Translations under genes and position numbers: made by a program
Notes under the pieces: generated by a model
Databases searched by the model: none
Seen by the model: the letters and a program-made list of their open reading frames with translations, nothing else
Told to the model about the DNA's origin: nothing
Shown here: positions 9,773 to 11,712 of the stretch, piece after piece
How positions within the stretch are numbered: the first letter of the stretch is position 1
Layout: each line of letters opens with the position of its first letter
Virus record (IMG/VR): IMGVR_UViG_3300000228_000007
Direction: 5' to 3' (one strand)
Length of the DNA: 11,712 bases
Source: a virus
Taxonomy: Duplodnaviria > Heunggongvirae > Uroviricota > Caudoviricetes

Positions 9773-10126
9773 TTATTGTTTATTATTTAATAATAAAATG
9801 AATTCATCCATCATTATTCTTGGTATATAATCATTCGGCCACAATTTTCAATGAAAACGTAGATAATTAAAAGTATTTACAACCTTTTTATATCTCAATG
9901 AATAATCATCAGAATAATGAGATATTTTTTCAATATCATAAAATAGAACTTCAATTAATTCTATACGATCTTTGTAATTATAAAATACATATCTTAATGC
10001 CTGAAAATCTTGGACTGTTACTATTCTTTCCAATAAATCATTCAAACTTAAAATTTTACCACGCCAACAAACAGTCGGATAATGATCCTCCATATACTTA
10101 AAGAATATGCTATCATAATTATTCAT
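9773..10126 (-). CDS. Hypothetical protein, 117 aa
   Basis: Track ORF 9848-10126 extended through TGA to TAA 9773-9775 (...FHGKLWPNDYIPRIMMDEFILLLNNKQ). Gaps of 10 nt and 4 nt to its neighbours. Confidence 0.75.
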
Positions 10127-10136
10127 AGTTGTATAG

Positions 10137-11087
10137 TTATTTTTGAAAAACGTTTATAAGATAATTTATTAATTCAATATTTGAATGTTTTAACCATAAT
10201 GATTTAATTTTTGGATAAAATGCGTACTCATTTCAATGATCGTAATTTGACTTTTCTTTTAATGCATTTATCAGCATATCAATATTTATTTTATTAGAAA
10301 GATAGATTATATCATCAATATCACGTTCATTTAAACGCTTTAATTTATTTGCAACTATATCCTCATCTGATGCTTTTGGAATAGTAACTCAATCCAAATT
10401 TACATATTCATATTTTGAATTAAAATTAGGCATCCAGTCTAATTTAATTGAGGCTATTCAATATCAAGGAAATTCAAACGTTATATCTTTCCAATTAGCG
10501 TTTTCATTTACAAAACACCCATTTTCAGTTAAAAAAGTTATTATAAAATCCGCCGTATTTTCAATTTCTCATAAAAGAATACCCTGGTCTACAGTATTAT
10601 GGTAAAATGAAAAATCTAAATCTAATGAAAATCTAATATAATCTTGTCATGATAAATTATCTTTTATCAACAACGAAGTTCAACCTGTAAAAAGAACTTC
10701 ATTAGATATAAATGATGTATTTTTAAAGAAAAATTTAACACCTTCAATTAATGCTTTTTTATGTATTATTTGTTTTTTATCATCATACACTATTTTGGGT
10801 ATAACTTCATTAGCATAATCATATTGAAGAAATTTATCATCTATAAAATCAGACTCATTACTTGTAAGAAAATTTTTATTAATATAATTAAATATATCTT
10901 CATGCGTAACAAAATTATCATTTCAAAAACGTATATTCATTGTGTCTTCTAACTCTTTTATTGAAAACACATAAATATAATCCATAAATGAATTGATATT
11001 ATCTTCTGATATTTTGTAATTATAATCTACATTTCAATTTATAGAAATATAAATATAATTATTCTCTTTTATGAAATAAATTTTCAT
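10137..11087 (-). CDS. AbiEii/AbiGii (MenT-like) nucleotidyltransferase, 316 aa, with long N-terminal extension
   Basis: VLFTGGTSLL (GG at 10680-10685), RFSLDLDFS, and C-terminal EDIVANKL...RDIDDIIYL. ATG 11087 to TAA 10137-10139, uninterrupted under code 25. Confidence 0.8.
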
Positions 11088-11152
11088 AGTAATATATTAA
11101 GTGATATTAATTATAATCAATAATACGTAAAAAATGAAAAAAATCAAAAAGA

Positions 11153-11368
11153 TTATCTATTATTTTTTTTCCATTTTCTAAATTCTTCCAATTCTTTATT
11201 GCTTATGTATTCTTCATATTTTTCTTTTGCATATTTTCATACTACGGCTAATCCAGTTCAAACTAAAACAACTTTTCAAACAGTAGTTTTTAATGCTGTT
11301 GAAATAACTTTACCAACTACAATAGAGCAAACTGCTTTTTTAGCAATATTTAAAAGTTCAGTATTCAT
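11153..11368 (-). CDS. Small hydrophobic/amphipathic protein, 71 aa
   Basis: MNTELLNIAKKAVCSIVVGKVISTALKTTVGKVVLVGTGLAVVGKYAKEKYEEYISNKELEEFRKWKKNNR, TAA 11153-11155. Confidence 0.7.
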
Positions 11369-11447
11369 AATTTATAAGTTAAATGTTAATATATTAAATA
11401 TATTAATTTTTTGAAAATAATCAATAAGAAAATTGAATATTTTAGTA

Positions 11448-11712
11448 TTGTTACCTATAAATAAATAGTAGAAGATTTTACTATAGCAAGAAAAAATAGA
11501 GATTTGAAACTTGCTAATACTATTGGAAATATCAAGACTAAACTTTTGATAATTAAAAAAAAGAAAAAACTGTTACTGCTACTCAATCAGTAAAAGTAAT
11601 TAAAGATGAAATAGTCTCTCTTAACTCAACTATTAACTTTGTTTGAATAAAGGAAATTCTTAAATCAGAAGCTCTTATAGAGAAAAAATTTTTTGAGCAA
11701 TACTTACCGGAA
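11448..11712 (+). pseudogene. GatB/YqeY-like protein, frameshifted, 3'-truncated by the window
   Basis: IVEDFTIARKNRDLKLANTIGNIKTKLL (from 11465) joins EKTVTATQSVKVIKDEI...EKKFFEQYLPE if one A is added to A8 11555-11562. Pattern resembles YqeY (D..AMKAKD...YLPEQ). Start at TTG 11448 needs a further +1 A near 11463. Confidence 0.6.

Noticed and set aside
11554-11711. Minus-strand open frame SGKYCSKNFFSIRASD...
   Set aside because: Antisense of the better supported plus-strand YqeY-like frame.

Overview
Very AT-rich window (roughly 20% GC by eye, not computed) in which TGA is a sense codon on both strands. It falls on family-conserved glycines in at least six unrelated motifs (KxDG, EGYV, DGHHR, DPCxGxG, GNPPY, DGP, GGT), so TGA=Gly (translation table 25, the Gracilibacteria/Absconditabacteria code). 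The supplied code-11 ORF track is therefore mostly fragments and antisense shadows. Retranslated by hand, the window is densely coding and looks like the accessory region of a large phage or prophage, although a host genomic island is not excluded. In order: a degenerate tandem duplication of small genes, a T4 Rnl1-type RNA ligase, a ParB/Srx-fold protein, an (AAT)16 microsatellite, an orphan N6-adenine DNA methyltransferase with a frameshift in an A7 run, a membrane protein, an acidic Zn-finger protein, a small P-loop protein, a doubly frameshifted kinase-like gene, a minus-strand operon with an AbiEii/MenT-like nucleotidyltransferase and a DEDDh 3'-5' exoribonuclease, and a frameshifted YqeY-like gene. 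Most interesting hypothesis: a tRNA/RNA-end toolkit (3' tailing, trimming, ligation) in a recoded element. Several single-base indels in A-runs may be sequencing errors. All family assignments come from motif recognition; no database search was run.
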